Positions 30,287 through 40,536 of a DNA stretch of 64,000 bases are shown here, piece after piece. Under the pieces are notes generated by a model. That model was not told the origin of the DNA. It made no database searches and saw only the letters and a program-made list of their open reading frames with translations. The position numbers and the translations under genes are program-made. The DNA comes from an uncultured Dehalococcoidia bacterium. Lineage in GTDB: Bacteria > Chloroflexota > Dehalococcoidia > Lucifugimonadales > UBA3495. The stretch spans positions 1-64,000 of the forward strand of contig CATMOE010000009.1 in NCBI GenBank assembly GCA_950072105.1. The letters run 5' to 3'. The first letter of the stretch is position 1. Each line of letters opens with the position of its first letter.

Positions 30287-31291
30287 CTACCACACCAAGG
30301 GATTCCAGCCTTTGAATAACGTGCGCGGTTGCCCATGGAGGGAAGCGGTCTGACTGTCAGCCGTTACCAGGTAATAGAACTGGCCGGGCGACATTTCCTT
30401 GATGGAATTGAAGCTGCTAAATAGGGCCCTTGGGTCGTAGAAGGTCCATGACTGGGTGGCCGGGTCGAATTTCCAAACCCGCACCAGATTGTCGCCGATC
30501 ACGCCAAGGGCCTGCCCCACCGGACCGCCTCCACCGCCAGACGCGGCGGGAGTAGCCTCTATCGGCGCCTCCGCTCCGGGTACTTGAACCCCATCTATCC
30601 AAGCGGAAACGATACTGCCCTCAGGCGCCAGATTTCCGCTGATCGATGCCGTGCCCACAAACACGTGGGGCGCCAATGGCGGCGCCTGTAGTAATGGCGC
30701 TGCCAAAATACCTCCCCGGCTGTTCGATCCCATACGGGCGGCCAAGGGACGGACCGGTACAAGTTGCCTGCTACCCATGGCTGCGCTGGACGCGGTTAGG
30801 TTCAACTCGTCAACGCCGCCTTGCTCCCAGATACCCGTCTCCTTAGCCTCGCTCCCTCCTATCTTGAACGTGATCGTCTTACCGGCATAGGACTCGCCAC
30901 CGGGTTGATTGACGATGAGGATATAAGTGCCGTCAAAGGGCGGCGGTGCCGGCGGAGTGGTCGCCGTGGGGACGGGAGTTGGCGTGGGCGCCGCTGCCGG
31001 AGCGGGCGCAGGGGTGTTGGTGGGCGTGGGTGTATCGGCCGTAGCGGCCGTGGGCGGAGGCGGTACCGTTGCGGTTGGGGTGGTAACCGGAACGGCCGTG
31101 GCTTCTTCCACCGGCGCGGCCGTGGGGCTGGGGAGCGGCGCGGCGGTCGCGGTAGGGTTGGGTTGGACTACGGGCGCCGTTGTAGGCGGCAGGGGTGTTG
31201 GGGATTTCTCACCACCGCAAGCCGTCAATGCGATGACAGCTACTAAGATCGCGGAAACCACTGCCGGTGCAGCGAATTTTCTGTTACGCAT
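30287..31291 (-). CDS. Pro/Thr/Ala-rich lipoprotein with a surface-protein-type C-terminal domain
   Basis: Lipobox LTAC, long PTATP linker, C-terminal LVRVWKFDPATQSWTFYDP...LFKGWNPLVW. Confidence 0.75.
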   Translation of the reverse strand: MRNRKFAAPAVVSAILVAVIALTACGGEKSPTPLPPTTAPVVQPNPTATAAPLPSPTAAPVEEATAVPVTTPTATVPPPPTAATADTPTPTNTPAPAPAAAPTPTPVPTATTPPAPPPFDGTYILIVNQPGGESYAGKTITFKIGGSEAKETGIWEQGGVDELNLTASSAAMGSRQLVPVRPLAARMGSNSRGGILAAPLLQAPPLAPHVFVGTASISGNLAPEGSIVSAWIDGVQVPGAEAPIEATPAASGGGGGPVGQALGVIGDNLVRVWKFDPATQSWTFYDPRALFSSFNSIKEMSPGQFYYLVTADSQTASLHGQPRTLFKGWNPLVW

Positions 31292-31569
31292 ATTTCCTTC
31301 CAACGTTGAATAAACGATCCCATAAAGTCTACCCGGACAAAGGTCTTGAAACTAGGCGATATGGGCGCGATTCAAGTCTAGGTGGGGCACTATCTGTTGT
31401 CAAACCTCATGGATTCAACGGGTTTATAGACATGGTGGAACCAGCTTTTCCGGCACAGTTGTGTAAGGGAGTTCACCCGTGGTCTGACAGGTGCCGTTAC
31501 CCTATATTCCCGGTGCAACGGGCATCAAGATAGTCAAAGTAGTTTCAATCAGGTTTATTGGAGGCCATC

Positions 31570-31842
31570 ATGTTTTGGCTTAAAGGCTGTCCCCACTGCA
31601 GCGGCGATCTCTACGTTGATCAGGACCAGTACGGTTCGTTCGTATCCTGCTTGCAATGCGGCTTGAACCAGGAAGTTTGCAGCCAACCTGGAGAGCCTCT
31701 GGAGATCTCGGCCGACCCGGTATTGCCTCAGCCGCTGCGCCAGTGGCAGGGGACCAAGCGCCGCCGGTTGTCCCACGGCGGCCGTCACTTCGCCAAAAGC
31801 TTATCCGTTGGCGAAGAGGCGCAAGCCCAATCGGTGGCCTAA
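31570..31842 (+). CDS. Small zinc-ribbon protein
   Basis: MFWLKGCPHCSGDLY...CLQCG; GGAGG RBS. Confidence 0.75.
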   Translation: MFWLKGCPHCSGDLYVDQDQYGSFVSCLQCGLNQEVCSQPGEPLEISADPVLPQPLRQWQGTKRRRLSHGGRHFAKSLSVGEEAQAQSVA

Positions 31843-31940
31843 AGCATTACGTTCCAAGCCGGACTCGATCGTTCCGGCAAGACCCCTATCGACTTCAACC
31901 CAGGCGTCCAAGGGCAGATAAGTCTACTTCCTTGACGATG

Positions 31941-31989
31941 CCGCCGATGGTCCGGCGCTCGTACCCACGGGATGCCGGACCATCGGCGG
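31941..31989. repeat. 16-bp perfect inverted repeat
   Basis: ccgccgatggtccggc ... gccggaccatcggcgg with a further inner stem and no U-tract. Confidence 0.7.
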
Positions 31990-32217
31990 AACGGCCCCGT
32001 CTTCCAAGATATCCCCTGGTAAAGCTGATCGAGAGCCGACGCCCAGCTCCCTCATTTACTCTCCTCCCTCGCAACTCCCATCCTCGTCCCCGGCTCGTTA
32101 CCCCTCTTAAAGCCCTGTGTTAACATTGGTGAGCATGTTTGATCGGCCAGGCTCACGCCACGAGACTTGTCAGCGGCGGTAAAAGTCAGGACCGGAGAGG
32201 ACGGAGGAAACGAATAC

Positions 32218-33405
32218 ATGAAGGCGCTTGAGGGCATCCGTGTGCTTGACCTGACCAGAGCCCTGGCAGGGCCGTTCTGCACACTGATGCTGGGAGACAA
32301 CGGGGCGGACGTGATCAAAGTGGAGATTCCCGGTACGGGAGATGACACCCGAAAGTGGGGCCCGCCGTTCATCGGTGAAGAGAGCGCTTATTATCTTTCC
32401 ATCAATCGAAATAAGAGAAGTCTGACGCTGAATCTACAAGACGCCCAAGCCCAAGAAGTATTTATGAAACTGGCCAAGGACATCGATGTGGTGGTGGAGA
32501 ATTTCACGCCCGGTGTCATGGGGCGCTTCGGCTTGGACTACGATGCGGTCAAGGCCGTTAGCCCCAAGGTTGTATATTGCTCCATATCCGGATTCGGCCA
32601 GGATGGCCCATATCGCAACCGCCCCGCCTACGATCAAATCATGCAGGGCGTAGGTGGGCTGATGAGCATAACCGGCGAGCCCGACGGTGAGCCGCAAAAG
32701 ATCGGCATCGCCGTCACGGACATCGGAGCCGGCATGTGGTCCGCCTTCGCCATAATGGCGGCTTTGCACCACCGTGAAAAGTCCGGCGAAGGTCAGTACA
32801 TCGACATCTCGATGCTAGACGCTCAAGTCGCCTGGCTGACTTATCAAGCGGCCTTCTTTTTCGCCAACGGCGAGGCCCCCAAGCGCATGGGCGCCGCCCA
32901 TCCTACCCTGGTGCCTTATCAGGCGTTCATGTGTAATGACGGCAAGTACATCAACGTCGCCGTCGGTTCGGAAAGAATCTGGGGGAGGTTCTGCCAGGGT
33001 ATGGGCCGGGAAGACCTGAAGGACCACCCCGACTATGCCACCAACAGCGTTCGAGTGAACCATCGAGGCGCGATGGTGTCCATGCTGCAAGAGATTTTTC
33101 TTACCCGGCCGGTGGCCGAGTGGGTTGAGGACCTGCAAGCCGCCAACGTGCCGTGCGGGCCGATCAACGACTTGGCGGATGTTTTCGCCGACCCTCAGGT
33201 CTTGGCCAGGAACATGTATCTGGAAATGCCCCATCCCACCCTGGGTTCGATCAAGCAGACGGGGCTGCCCATAAAGTTTTCCCTTACCCCAGGCGGCCTT
33301 GACCGGCACCCACCCCTATTGGGTGAACACAACCAGGAGATACTACAATCTCTGGGTTACTCCGACGCCGACGTCCAAAGTTTGAAGGAACAATCTGTGA
33401 TCTGA
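32218..33405 (+). CDS. Class III CoA-transferase (CaiB/BaiF family)
   Basis: LEGIRVLDLTRALAGP, NRNKRS, ENFTPG, SISGFGQDGP, AYD and DIGAG motifs. Confidence 0.93.
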   Translation: MKALEGIRVLDLTRALAGPFCTLMLGDNGADVIKVEIPGTGDDTRKWGPPFIGEESAYYLSINRNKRSLTLNLQDAQAQEVFMKLAKDIDVVVENFTPGVMGRFGLDYDAVKAVSPKVVYCSISGFGQDGPYRNRPAYDQIMQGVGGLMSITGEPDGEPQKIGIAVTDIGAGMWSAFAIMAALHHREKSGEGQYIDISMLDAQVAWLTYQAAFFFANGEAPKRMGAAHPTLVPYQAFMCNDGKYINVAVGSERIWGRFCQGMGREDLKDHPDYATNSVRVNHRGAMVSMLQEIFLTRPVAEWVEDLQAANVPCGPINDLADVFADPQVLARNMYLEMPHPTLGSIKQTGLPIKFSLTPGGLDRHPPLLGEHNQEILQSLGYSDADVQSLKEQSVI

Positions 33406-33836
33406 TATCAAATACCTAGCGCCATGGGTAATGAAGCCGTAATACTTAATTGCCTGAAAATTGACTTCCGGCGCGAATCGCAGTCACTTGCCGTTACAAC
33501 CAGCCTGCCCTGATTTGATGAAAAGGTTCTACTCTTGACTGGATACGGGTGCTCCCGGGCCGATGCGCACCACGGCTTGAGAGCGCAAAAACTACCGGCC
33601 GCACTCCGGAGCCAATCTCCTTGGGGCGCCTGCCGCCCCGATCGGGCGATTCTATTTCCCCATTCGCCGCCCGTCAAAAAGTATATCGTTGGGATCCGGG
33701 CCGGCCTGAACCTAGGAGAATTTCCGACGCGGACGGCGAATGCCCGTCTTGCTTGCGACTCCCTGGAAGACTATCATGGGACGGAATTTTTCCGCATGCT
33801 TTCACGAATCACTCTGACAAAGGATGTCATCTGGCC

Positions 33837-34631
33837 ATGGATCTGGGGTTAAAGGAACGCGTCGCCATAATCGGCGGCTCCAGCAGGGGCATTGGCCGAG
33901 CGATCGCCATGACGTTTGCTCACGAGGGCGCCAGTGTTACCATCTCGGCCCGCACCGAAGCCGACCTGCGCCGTACCGAGATTGAGTTGGCCCGCATCGG
34001 GTCTCAGCACCATGTTCTGGCCATTCCCGCCGATCTATCGTCGGCCCGGGATATTCGCCGGGTAGTTCGGGACACGATGAACCGCTTCGGCCAGATCGGA
34101 ATTCTGGTCAACCACGTCTGGCACGGCATGCCCGGCCGTCCTTCAGAATTCAACGATGAATCGATAACGGCCGCTTTTGAGCAAAACTTCCTGGGCGCGG
34201 TCCGCCTAACCCGGGAGGTGATTCCGTTCATGAAGCAGCAACGGTGGGGACGCATCATTCATTTGCTGCCCCTCCAGGTGAAGCAGCCGGGCAAGGGGTC
34301 CGCATTATCCGCTTCCAGTCAGCTCGCTTTGGTAGGCTACACCAAGATGCTCGCCACGGAGCTTGCTCCGTTCAATATCACGGTTAATAACGTGATCTCG
34401 GGACCGGTGCAGACCGATTTTCTAACCTCAACATTCGAATCCACGGCAGAAGAGCAACGCCGCACCAGCGATGAACTGATCCAGGAAGCTGTTGAAGCGA
34501 TACCCATCGGCCGCCTGGGTAAACCCGAAGAGTTGGGCGACTTGATCGCCTTCCTAGCATCCGACCGCGCCGGATTTATAACCGGCACCAGCGTCGTGAT
34601 AGACGGTGGGATGCTGCAGACCGTTACCTAA
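33837..34631 (+). CDS. Atypical SDR (BKR-like)
   Basis: MDLGLKERVAIIGGSSRGIG and IPIGRLGKPEE...ITG....DGG motifs; no canonical YxxxK. Confidence 0.85.
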   Translation: MDLGLKERVAIIGGSSRGIGRAIAMTFAHEGASVTISARTEADLRRTEIELARIGSQHHVLAIPADLSSARDIRRVVRDTMNRFGQIGILVNHVWHGMPGRPSEFNDESITAAFEQNFLGAVRLTREVIPFMKQQRWGRIIHLLPLQVKQPGKGSALSASSQLALVGYTKMLATELAPFNITVNNVISGPVQTDFLTSTFESTAEEQRRTSDELIQEAVEAIPIGRLGKPEELGDLIAFLASDRAGFITGTSVVIDGGMLQTVT

Positions 34632-34906
34632 CGGCCAAACGTAAACTGAACCGGAGTCACGGCCCGTCCGCCGGCCTCCGGACCTCCAACCCGTCACGGG
34701 GAAACCGGCTGTCCAAAGAATAGACCAAGTCCGCCTTCGCACTACGATACGCCGCCCACACTAAAGCATCGGATAGAGAGACTTGACCCGAAGGCCGGCA
34801 CATCAGCAAGGCTTGTCACAAGAGCCTCCCAACCTCGGTTGCCCCCAGGGCGATTTGCCGATAAACTGGGGACAATCAACGAACGAGCGCAAATGGGGGT
34901 TGATCC

Positions 34907-36070
34907 GTGCAGTTTTCTCTAGCTTATGAAATGCAAAGGCCCACCCTTGACGACCACGCCGTCATCGAGGAAACCATCGAGCAGTGCATCCTGGCCGACG
35001 AGATGGGCTTCGACGCCGTATGGTTCGTAGAGCATCACTTCCTCACGACCTTCTCTTCGTCGCCTTGTCCTGAAGTGATCTTCGGTGCGCTTAGCCGGCT
35101 TACCAAGAACATCCGCCTGGGTTTTGGCGTCGTGATATTGCCCTACCACCACCCCATACGGGTAGCCGAGCGGGTGGCGATGGTGGACCAGCTTTCTCAT
35201 GGGAGAGTCGACTTCGGCACCGGGCGTTCCGCACCCTACGAACAGACGGGAATGGGAATCGACCCCCGGTTCACCCGGGAAATGTGGGAAGAGTCGTTGA
35301 ACATGATTCCCAAGATCTGGGAATCGGAGACATTTGAGTGGGAAGGGAAATTCTGGAACGTCCCACCCAGGGAGGTCCTTCCCAAGCCCTACCAAAAGCC
35401 CCACCCGCCCATATGGGTCGCGGCGCTCCAACCGGCCACTTACCAGTTGGCCGCTGAAAAGGGCATCGGCGTCATGGCCTTGGGAGTCGCCGCGCCTTCG
35501 ATCCTCGAACCCCATATCAAAGCCTACCGGGAGACCATCAAAAACGCCCAGCCGGTGGGAGCATTCGTCAACAACCAGTGGCTCAGCTCCTGCTTCGGCC
35601 TTTGCGGCGAAGATAATAAAGCTACCAGAGAGTTATGCACCCAGTCGCTCAAGACTTTCTTCGGGCCGGGACGCCCCTACGTCCAAGACCAGAAGGACGT
35701 TTACAGCAAACTGCTAGAGCAGTGGGGCGGGGTGCCGGACCATTTGACCCAAAACTTCTCGCGTTACGTGGAAGTCCAGGGAGTGGATGGAGGCAACGGA
35801 AGCAACGGAAGCGCGGTTGACCTGTCCGGAGGCAGCGCCCTGGCCCAAAAGATCTGGGAGGAGTTCGACGCCGACACCTTGGCCGAGCGTGGCGTCATCA
35901 TCGCGGGCGACCCGGAGAGTTGCATCGAAGCCGTCAAGCTACACGAGGCCACCGGCGTGGATCAGATCCAGTTCCTCATGGCCACCGAAACCGTGGGCCA
36001 TAAAGAAGTGATGAAATCCATAGAGATGTTCGGCAAACACGTGATTCCAGCGTTCAAGAAGACTGCTTAG
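34907..36070 (+). CDS. LLM-class flavin-dependent oxidoreductase
   Basis: WFVEHHF, HPIRVAERVAMVD.LS.GR.DFGTGR and PKPYQKPHPPIW motifs. Confidence 0.9.
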   Translation: MQFSLAYEMQRPTLDDHAVIEETIEQCILADEMGFDAVWFVEHHFLTTFSSSPCPEVIFGALSRLTKNIRLGFGVVILPYHHPIRVAERVAMVDQLSHGRVDFGTGRSAPYEQTGMGIDPRFTREMWEESLNMIPKIWESETFEWEGKFWNVPPREVLPKPYQKPHPPIWVAALQPATYQLAAEKGIGVMALGVAAPSILEPHIKAYRETIKNAQPVGAFVNNQWLSSCFGLCGEDNKATRELCTQSLKTFFGPGRPYVQDQKDVYSKLLEQWGGVPDHLTQNFSRYVEVQGVDGGNGSNGSAVDLSGGSALAQKIWEEFDADTLAERGVIIAGDPESCIEAVKLHEATGVDQIQFLMATETVGHKEVMKSIEMFGKHVIPAFKKTA

Positions 36071-36095
36071 GGGGCGTGGTAAGCCGCTCTTCCCT

Positions 36096-37178
36096 CTACT
36101 TCAGGTCGGCAACCAGTGGGCCGACCTCATTCATCAGTAACTCCAGGCACTCGTGCTCCCACTCGGGGTCTTCCGGGTCCTGGGTGATGGCCAGCAGGCT
36201 GCCGAAGCCGCCGACTTCTTCATAAAGTTTGCGGATGCGGTCGGCGCATTCTTGAGGGTCGCCCACTATCCAGATGTTCTCCATCATGTAGTCCACATCC
36301 ACGGCTTCGTCGGACATGTTGGGGTCAATCTTGCAGGCGCCCAGCGCCCCCGAGCCTTTCCGGTTGGGTAGCTGGTGCTCGATGTAGTTCCGGCCCAGCA
36401 CCTCATGGGCCCGCTCCCTTGCCTCTTGGGTGGTCTTGGCCACCAGCACGTCGCGGCCGATACGCCATTCCCGCCGGTCGGGCTCCCGGCCGGACTCGGC
36501 CGCGCCCTCTTCCACCACTTCCCAGTGACCTCGAAGGTGTTGTGGCGCCAAGTTGGAACTGCTCATGGGGATCCAGCCCTTCTCCCCGGCAACTTTGATG
36601 GAGCCTGAGGCCAGCGACGTGGCGGCGACCCCGATGGGCGGATGGGGAAGCTGGTAGGGCTTCATGTACAGTCCTCTACCCAAGACCGGGTCCAATTCGG
36701 GAGCCTCGATATCGAAATACTTGCCGTGATAGCTAAATTTCCCCTCAGACTCCCAGATCTTCAGGATAATGTCCAAGACTTCTGCGGAGCGCTCCCGCAC
36801 TTCGGCGCCCTTGGTTGGGTCCAGCCCAAATAGCTGCAAGTCGGTGGGGATCGCCCGGGCGCCGATGCCCCAGTAGAACCGGCCGCGAGCCAGGTGGTCC
36901 AGCATGGCGATGCGGTGGGCCAGCTCCACCGGGTTGTGGATCGAAAGCAGGGTTACTCCGGTGCCGAAGATTATGTTCTCGGTCATCGCCAGCGCCTTGG
37001 CGATGAGCAGGTCCGGCGCCGGGGCGTTCTCCCAACGCTCCGTTATGTGCTCCCCGATCCAGACCTCATGGTAGCCCAACCCATCAGCAGTGACGATCAG
37101 GTCCAGGTCCCGGTCATAAGAGTCGGCGTAGCTACGATGGGGCGGATGTAGCGGCATCATGAACAGTCCGAAATTCAT
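36096..37178 (-). CDS. LLM-class flavin-dependent oxidoreductase
   Basis: MNFGLFMMPLHPP, WIGEH, AHRIAMLDHLARGR and KPYQLPHPPI motifs; AGGAG RBS before ATG 37178. Confidence 0.9.
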   Translation of the reverse strand: MNFGLFMMPLHPPHRSYADSYDRDLDLIVTADGLGYHEVWIGEHITERWENAPAPDLLIAKALAMTENIIFGTGVTLLSIHNPVELAHRIAMLDHLARGRFYWGIGARAIPTDLQLFGLDPTKGAEVRERSAEVLDIILKIWESEGKFSYHGKYFDIEAPELDPVLGRGLYMKPYQLPHPPIGVAATSLASGSIKVAGEKGWIPMSSSNLAPQHLRGHWEVVEEGAAESGREPDRREWRIGRDVLVAKTTQEARERAHEVLGRNYIEHQLPNRKGSGALGACKIDPNMSDEAVDVDYMMENIWIVGDPQECADRIRKLYEEVGGFGSLLAITQDPEDPEWEHECLELLMNEVGPLVADLK

Positions 37179-37642
37179 GGTTTTCTCCTGGCCTTGATTC
37201 TTGTTGGCCTGTTGAGGTAGACCTTTGGTAGGGGTAAGGCACGATAACATCGATATTATACTAATTTTGGCAGTTGACGATAAACCGATTCTTGAATCGT
37301 ATGGAAATCCAGGGCTTTCACCGGGCAGGTATTTGCCGCTTGGTACGACGGCCATTCGTACCCGTACCACCAAATCCTACTTAACACCGACCTTAATATC
37401 TCCCCTTTTGGGCAAGACCTTGCCGGCAACCTCTACATTATTTCAGGGAAACCAGGCGGTGATGAGGTGAATAGTTTACACTCCTTCTACCGCTTGACTT
37501 TGACCCCAAGAGAACAGGGAACCACGCCGCATAATACCCAAGATCGCTTCGATTATGGTCGTCGGAAGGAGGACCTTTCCGGATATAACAAGGGCGAACG
37601 ATACTGGATGAGACAGGTTGGGCAATATATACTGATGCGGCA

Positions 37643-38377
37643 TTGGACACATCAACCTTTCGCGGTGCGCTCTTGACCTCAGATTTCAGATCATTCAGTC
37701 CCATTGAACTGGTACGCAGGCGATGTTCCGGCGTAGCAAGGGATTGGCTTGACCGAATGGTTTCCCGAATCGAATCGCCTTTGGACCGTAACATCTTTGG
37801 GGCGGCCTATGCGGGAGCCCGCCGCCGTCTCGGTGGTGAACCGGTAGTCTTGGACGCGGAGGAACAGGCCGCCCTGAAAGGTACAGGGCTGCTTTCTCTA
37901 AGTGGGCATTCTCTCGACGAAGTTTGCCGCATCGCCCTGCTAGTGCGGACTTCGGAGTGTCTGCCGCCCGAGGATTATTCGTCCTTCATAAGTGAGTTGT
38001 ATATCCGGGGCGACAACTTCGAACGGCAGGCCCTGCTCAGAGGACTGACCTATTTGCCGGACCCGGAACAGTTTCTCTCCACCGCCATCGAAGCTTGCCG
38101 CACCAGTGTCCAACTCATCTTTGAAGCCATCGCCTGCGACAACCCTTACCCGTTCCGTTACTTCCCGGAGTTGAACTACAACCAGATGGTCCTCAAAGCC
38201 CTCTTTATCGGCTCTCCATTGGCGAGATTAGTAGGACTTGAGGAGCGAATCACCCCTGAACTCGTCCGCATGGCGGAAGACTACGCCACCGAGCGGCAGG
38301 CTGCCGGCCGGCCGGTGCCGGAAGATATCCCACTGTTTATCACTAATGATTTGGGAGCTAGGAATGAAGCTTTTTGA
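37643..38377 (+). CDS. eboA: EboA-domain protein
   Basis: LY..GD..ER.A.LR.L, EACRT, AIA.DNPYP, NQMVLKALF and ERQAAGRPVP.D motifs. Start uncertain; overlaps the downstream TatD-like gene. Confidence 0.8.
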   Translation: MDTSTFRGALLTSDFRSFSPIELVRRRCSGVARDWLDRMVSRIESPLDRNIFGAAYAGARRRLGGEPVVLDAEEQAALKGTGLLSLSGHSLDEVCRIALLVRTSECLPPEDYSSFISELYIRGDNFERQALLRGLTYLPDPEQFLSTAIEACRTSVQLIFEAIACDNPYPFRYFPELNYNQMVLKALFIGSPLARLVGLEERITPELVRMAEDYATERQAAGRPVPEDIPLFITNDLGARNEAF

Positions 38378-39236
38378 CCCTCACATACATATGACGTCGC
38401 GGCCTACATCCGACTACCAGGCAATGGCCGACGCAGGTATCTCTGCTATCGTTGAGCCGTCCTTCTGGTTGGGCCAGCCCCGGACTCATGTTGGTACCTT
38501 TGAAGACTATTTCCTTTCCCTCCTGGGTTGGGAGCGTTTTCGGGCCAGCCAGTTTGGCATATCCCACTTCTGCACCCTGTCGATCAACCCCAAGGAGGCT
38601 AACAGTCCTTCGATAGCGCAGGGTGTGTTGGACCTGTTGCCGCGATACCTGGAAAAGGACGGCGTGGTCGCGGTCGGCGAGATCGGCTTCGACGATCAGA
38701 CTGATGCCGAAGAGCACCTATTTGCCGAACCGTTAAAGCTGGCGATGGAGTTCGAACTGCCAGTGCTCATTCACACCCCACATCGAGATAAGAAACGGGG
38801 CACGGCGCGGAGCCTGGAATTAGTTAGAAGGGTTGGGTTTCCTGAACAACGAGTCCTCATAGACCATAATAACGAAGAGACACTGCCTATGGTCCTGGAA
38901 ACCAACTGTTGGGCGGGGCACTCCATTTACCCTGACACCAAGATGGACGAACTTCGAATGGTGGCGCTGATTCAGACGTATGGCAGTGACCGGATCATCA
39001 TTAACAGCGCCGCCGACTGGGGAGTCAGCGATCCATTTAAAGTGCCCAAAACCGTCGAGGCTATGTATGAGGCCGGGCTCGATGAGAAGACTATCCAGAC
39101 GGTGGTCTGGGACAACCCGGTAGCGTTCTTCGGCCAGAGCGAACGCCTGGATCTGGATAGAGATCCCATCGACCAAAGCCAGCTATGGGAGGGCAATTCC
39201 GTCCTGCGCGGCCAAGAGCCTGTTGTCGAGTCGTAG
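38364..39236 (+). CDS. eboB: TatD-family hydrolase, EboB type
   Basis: FDPHIHMTSR, EP.FWLGQPRT, GWERFRASQFGI, HTPHRDK and NSAADWGVSDP motifs. Confidence 0.85.
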   Translation: MKLFDPHIHMTSRPTSDYQAMADAGISAIVEPSFWLGQPRTHVGTFEDYFLSLLGWERFRASQFGISHFCTLSINPKEANSPSIAQGVLDLLPRYLEKDGVVAVGEIGFDDQTDAEEHLFAEPLKLAMEFELPVLIHTPHRDKKRGTARSLELVRRVGFPEQRVLIDHNNEETLPMVLETNCWAGHSIYPDTKMDELRMVALIQTYGSDRIIINSAADWGVSDPFKVPKTVEAMYEAGLDEKTIQTVVWDNPVAFFGQSERLDLDRDPIDQSQLWEGNSVLRGQEPVVES

Positions 39237-39404
39237 GATCAGCGAACGCGACGCACCGTTGTCTTCGACGTGGTTCGAATTAAATCGACGCAGAATCCAC
39301 CGGTTGCCTAGTCATGAATTCCCCCTACCGTGGCAAATCGACAGGCCTAGCGGCCTATGCTAGACTGACTCAAATCGGTCAAACAATAGACGAGGTTTCT
39401 ACGC

Positions 39405-40325
39405 ATGAAAAAGGTAGTCAGCGAAATCAGCGGGGTGGTGTTCAGCCTGCCTTGGCTGGTGGCCAAAGACAACGGTCTGTTCGAGGCCGAGGGCATCGAC
39501 ATGGAGTTCGTTAAGGCCATCAGGACCGGCCCGGTGGAGCACACCGAGAACCCGGAAGACGTTAATCCCATTCTGGGGCACGTCGCCTTCGAACAGGGAC
39601 AGGTGTCCATCTACCGCGCTTGAGAAGAGGGTCAGGTCCGTCGGGCCTATGAAAGCAAACAAGGGGCCAGGATAATCGCATTGCGTTCCGCGGTGGCCAG
39701 CCAGGCCATCATGGTGCCCCCAGACTCGCCCCACAACTACCCGGGCACCTTGGGGAACCAACCCGTCGCGGTAAATTTCCACGCCGGGTCCCACTACGTT
39801 GGATTGCGATTGCTGGAAGGTTACCTGCCGGTGGAGAAGATTAAACTGGTGCACTACGGGTCGCCGATCCATCGCTTCGAGTCCATGCTCAACGGAGAAG
39901 TCGCGGCGGCGGTGGTGATGGAGCCCTGGATCGCCCTGGGAGAGAAACTGGGTTGCAAGACCGTGGCCGAGGGTCACTACCTGGGCGCGGAGAACGCCAG
40001 CGAAGACATGGACGAAGAGACCTTCGCTGCGATCAACCGGGCGGTGGAGAACGCCGTAGACCTGATCAACGCGGACAAGCGAAAGTACCTGCACTACCTC
40101 ATCGACGACCCCAGCTTCGCCCAGGCTGCCGCTAAATACGGCGGGTTGACACCCGAAGACTTCCACCTGCCCCGCCTGCGGTACACCAGGCCGGCCGTGT
40201 ATACGGACGAGATGGTGGAGGACACGTACAATTGGCTGACACGTTGGGGATTGCTCAGCGATCTGGCTTGCTCCGCCGACCTGGTGGACAACCGTATCGC
40301 CGAGCCGGCGTCCGCCGACGACTGA
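39405..40325 (+). CDS. NMT1/THI5-like solute-binding-fold protein with an in-frame TGA (candidate selenoprotein)
   Basis: ORFs 39405-39623 and 39681-40325 share a frame and are separated only by TGA 39621-39623. LPWLVAKDNGLFEAEGID, GEVAAAVVMEPW and AEKLG are PBP2-like motifs; a SECIS-like hairpin follows the TGA. Confidence 0.75.
39634..39648 (+). promoter_or_regulatory. Putative bacterial SECIS hairpin
   Basis: aggtcc-GTC-gggcct: 6-bp stem including one G.U pair; the loop starts with G at +17 after the UGA. Confidence 0.5.
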
Positions 40326-40333
40326 GAGTCTGG

Positions 40334-40369
40334 CCCTCACACCCATCCCCTCTCCCTGCGGGAGAGGGG
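40334..40369. repeat. REP-like palindrome (ccctcac...cccctctccc-tgc-gggagagggg)
   Basis: 10-bp perfect stem; a related copy lies at 62237-62271. Confidence 0.6.
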
Positions 40370-40536
40370 TGCCGCCAATAAGATCCGTTAACGGATGAGG
40401 GATCACCTGAACCCGGCGAGCCTTCATTGACCCCGGCCAGGAAGCGAGTACAGGCCGGGAATATTTTTTTTGCTCCAAACCTCGACCTAGCCCCAAGAGA
40501 CACCCTTGTATGCGGTAGAATAATCCCATCTAGATC

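Noticed and set aside
30148..30290. Intergenic stretch considered as 6S RNA or riboswitch, or as a GMC-oxidoreductase C-terminal remnant (HDPHGSLRYG...VDPKGNVHEL)
   Set aside because: I could not fold a convincing 6S or riboswitch structure, and the peptide similarity is too short and weak to support without a search.
33408..33836. N-terminal extension of the SDR ORF (33549) and overlapping short ORFs
   Set aside because: SDR homology begins at MDLGLK (33837) with a plausible RBS; the upstream frames look non-coding.
37438..37794. Short ORFs upstream of eboA (37467-37676 and 37438-37794)
   Set aside because: No recognisable family; cannot distinguish from chance ORFs or decayed sequence.
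39399..40529. 376-aa antisense ORF, and similar long shadow ORFs such as 57691-58605, 56319-57158 and 46956-47729
   Set aside because: They lie antisense to well-supported genes in GC3-biased DNA and show no recognisable motifs.
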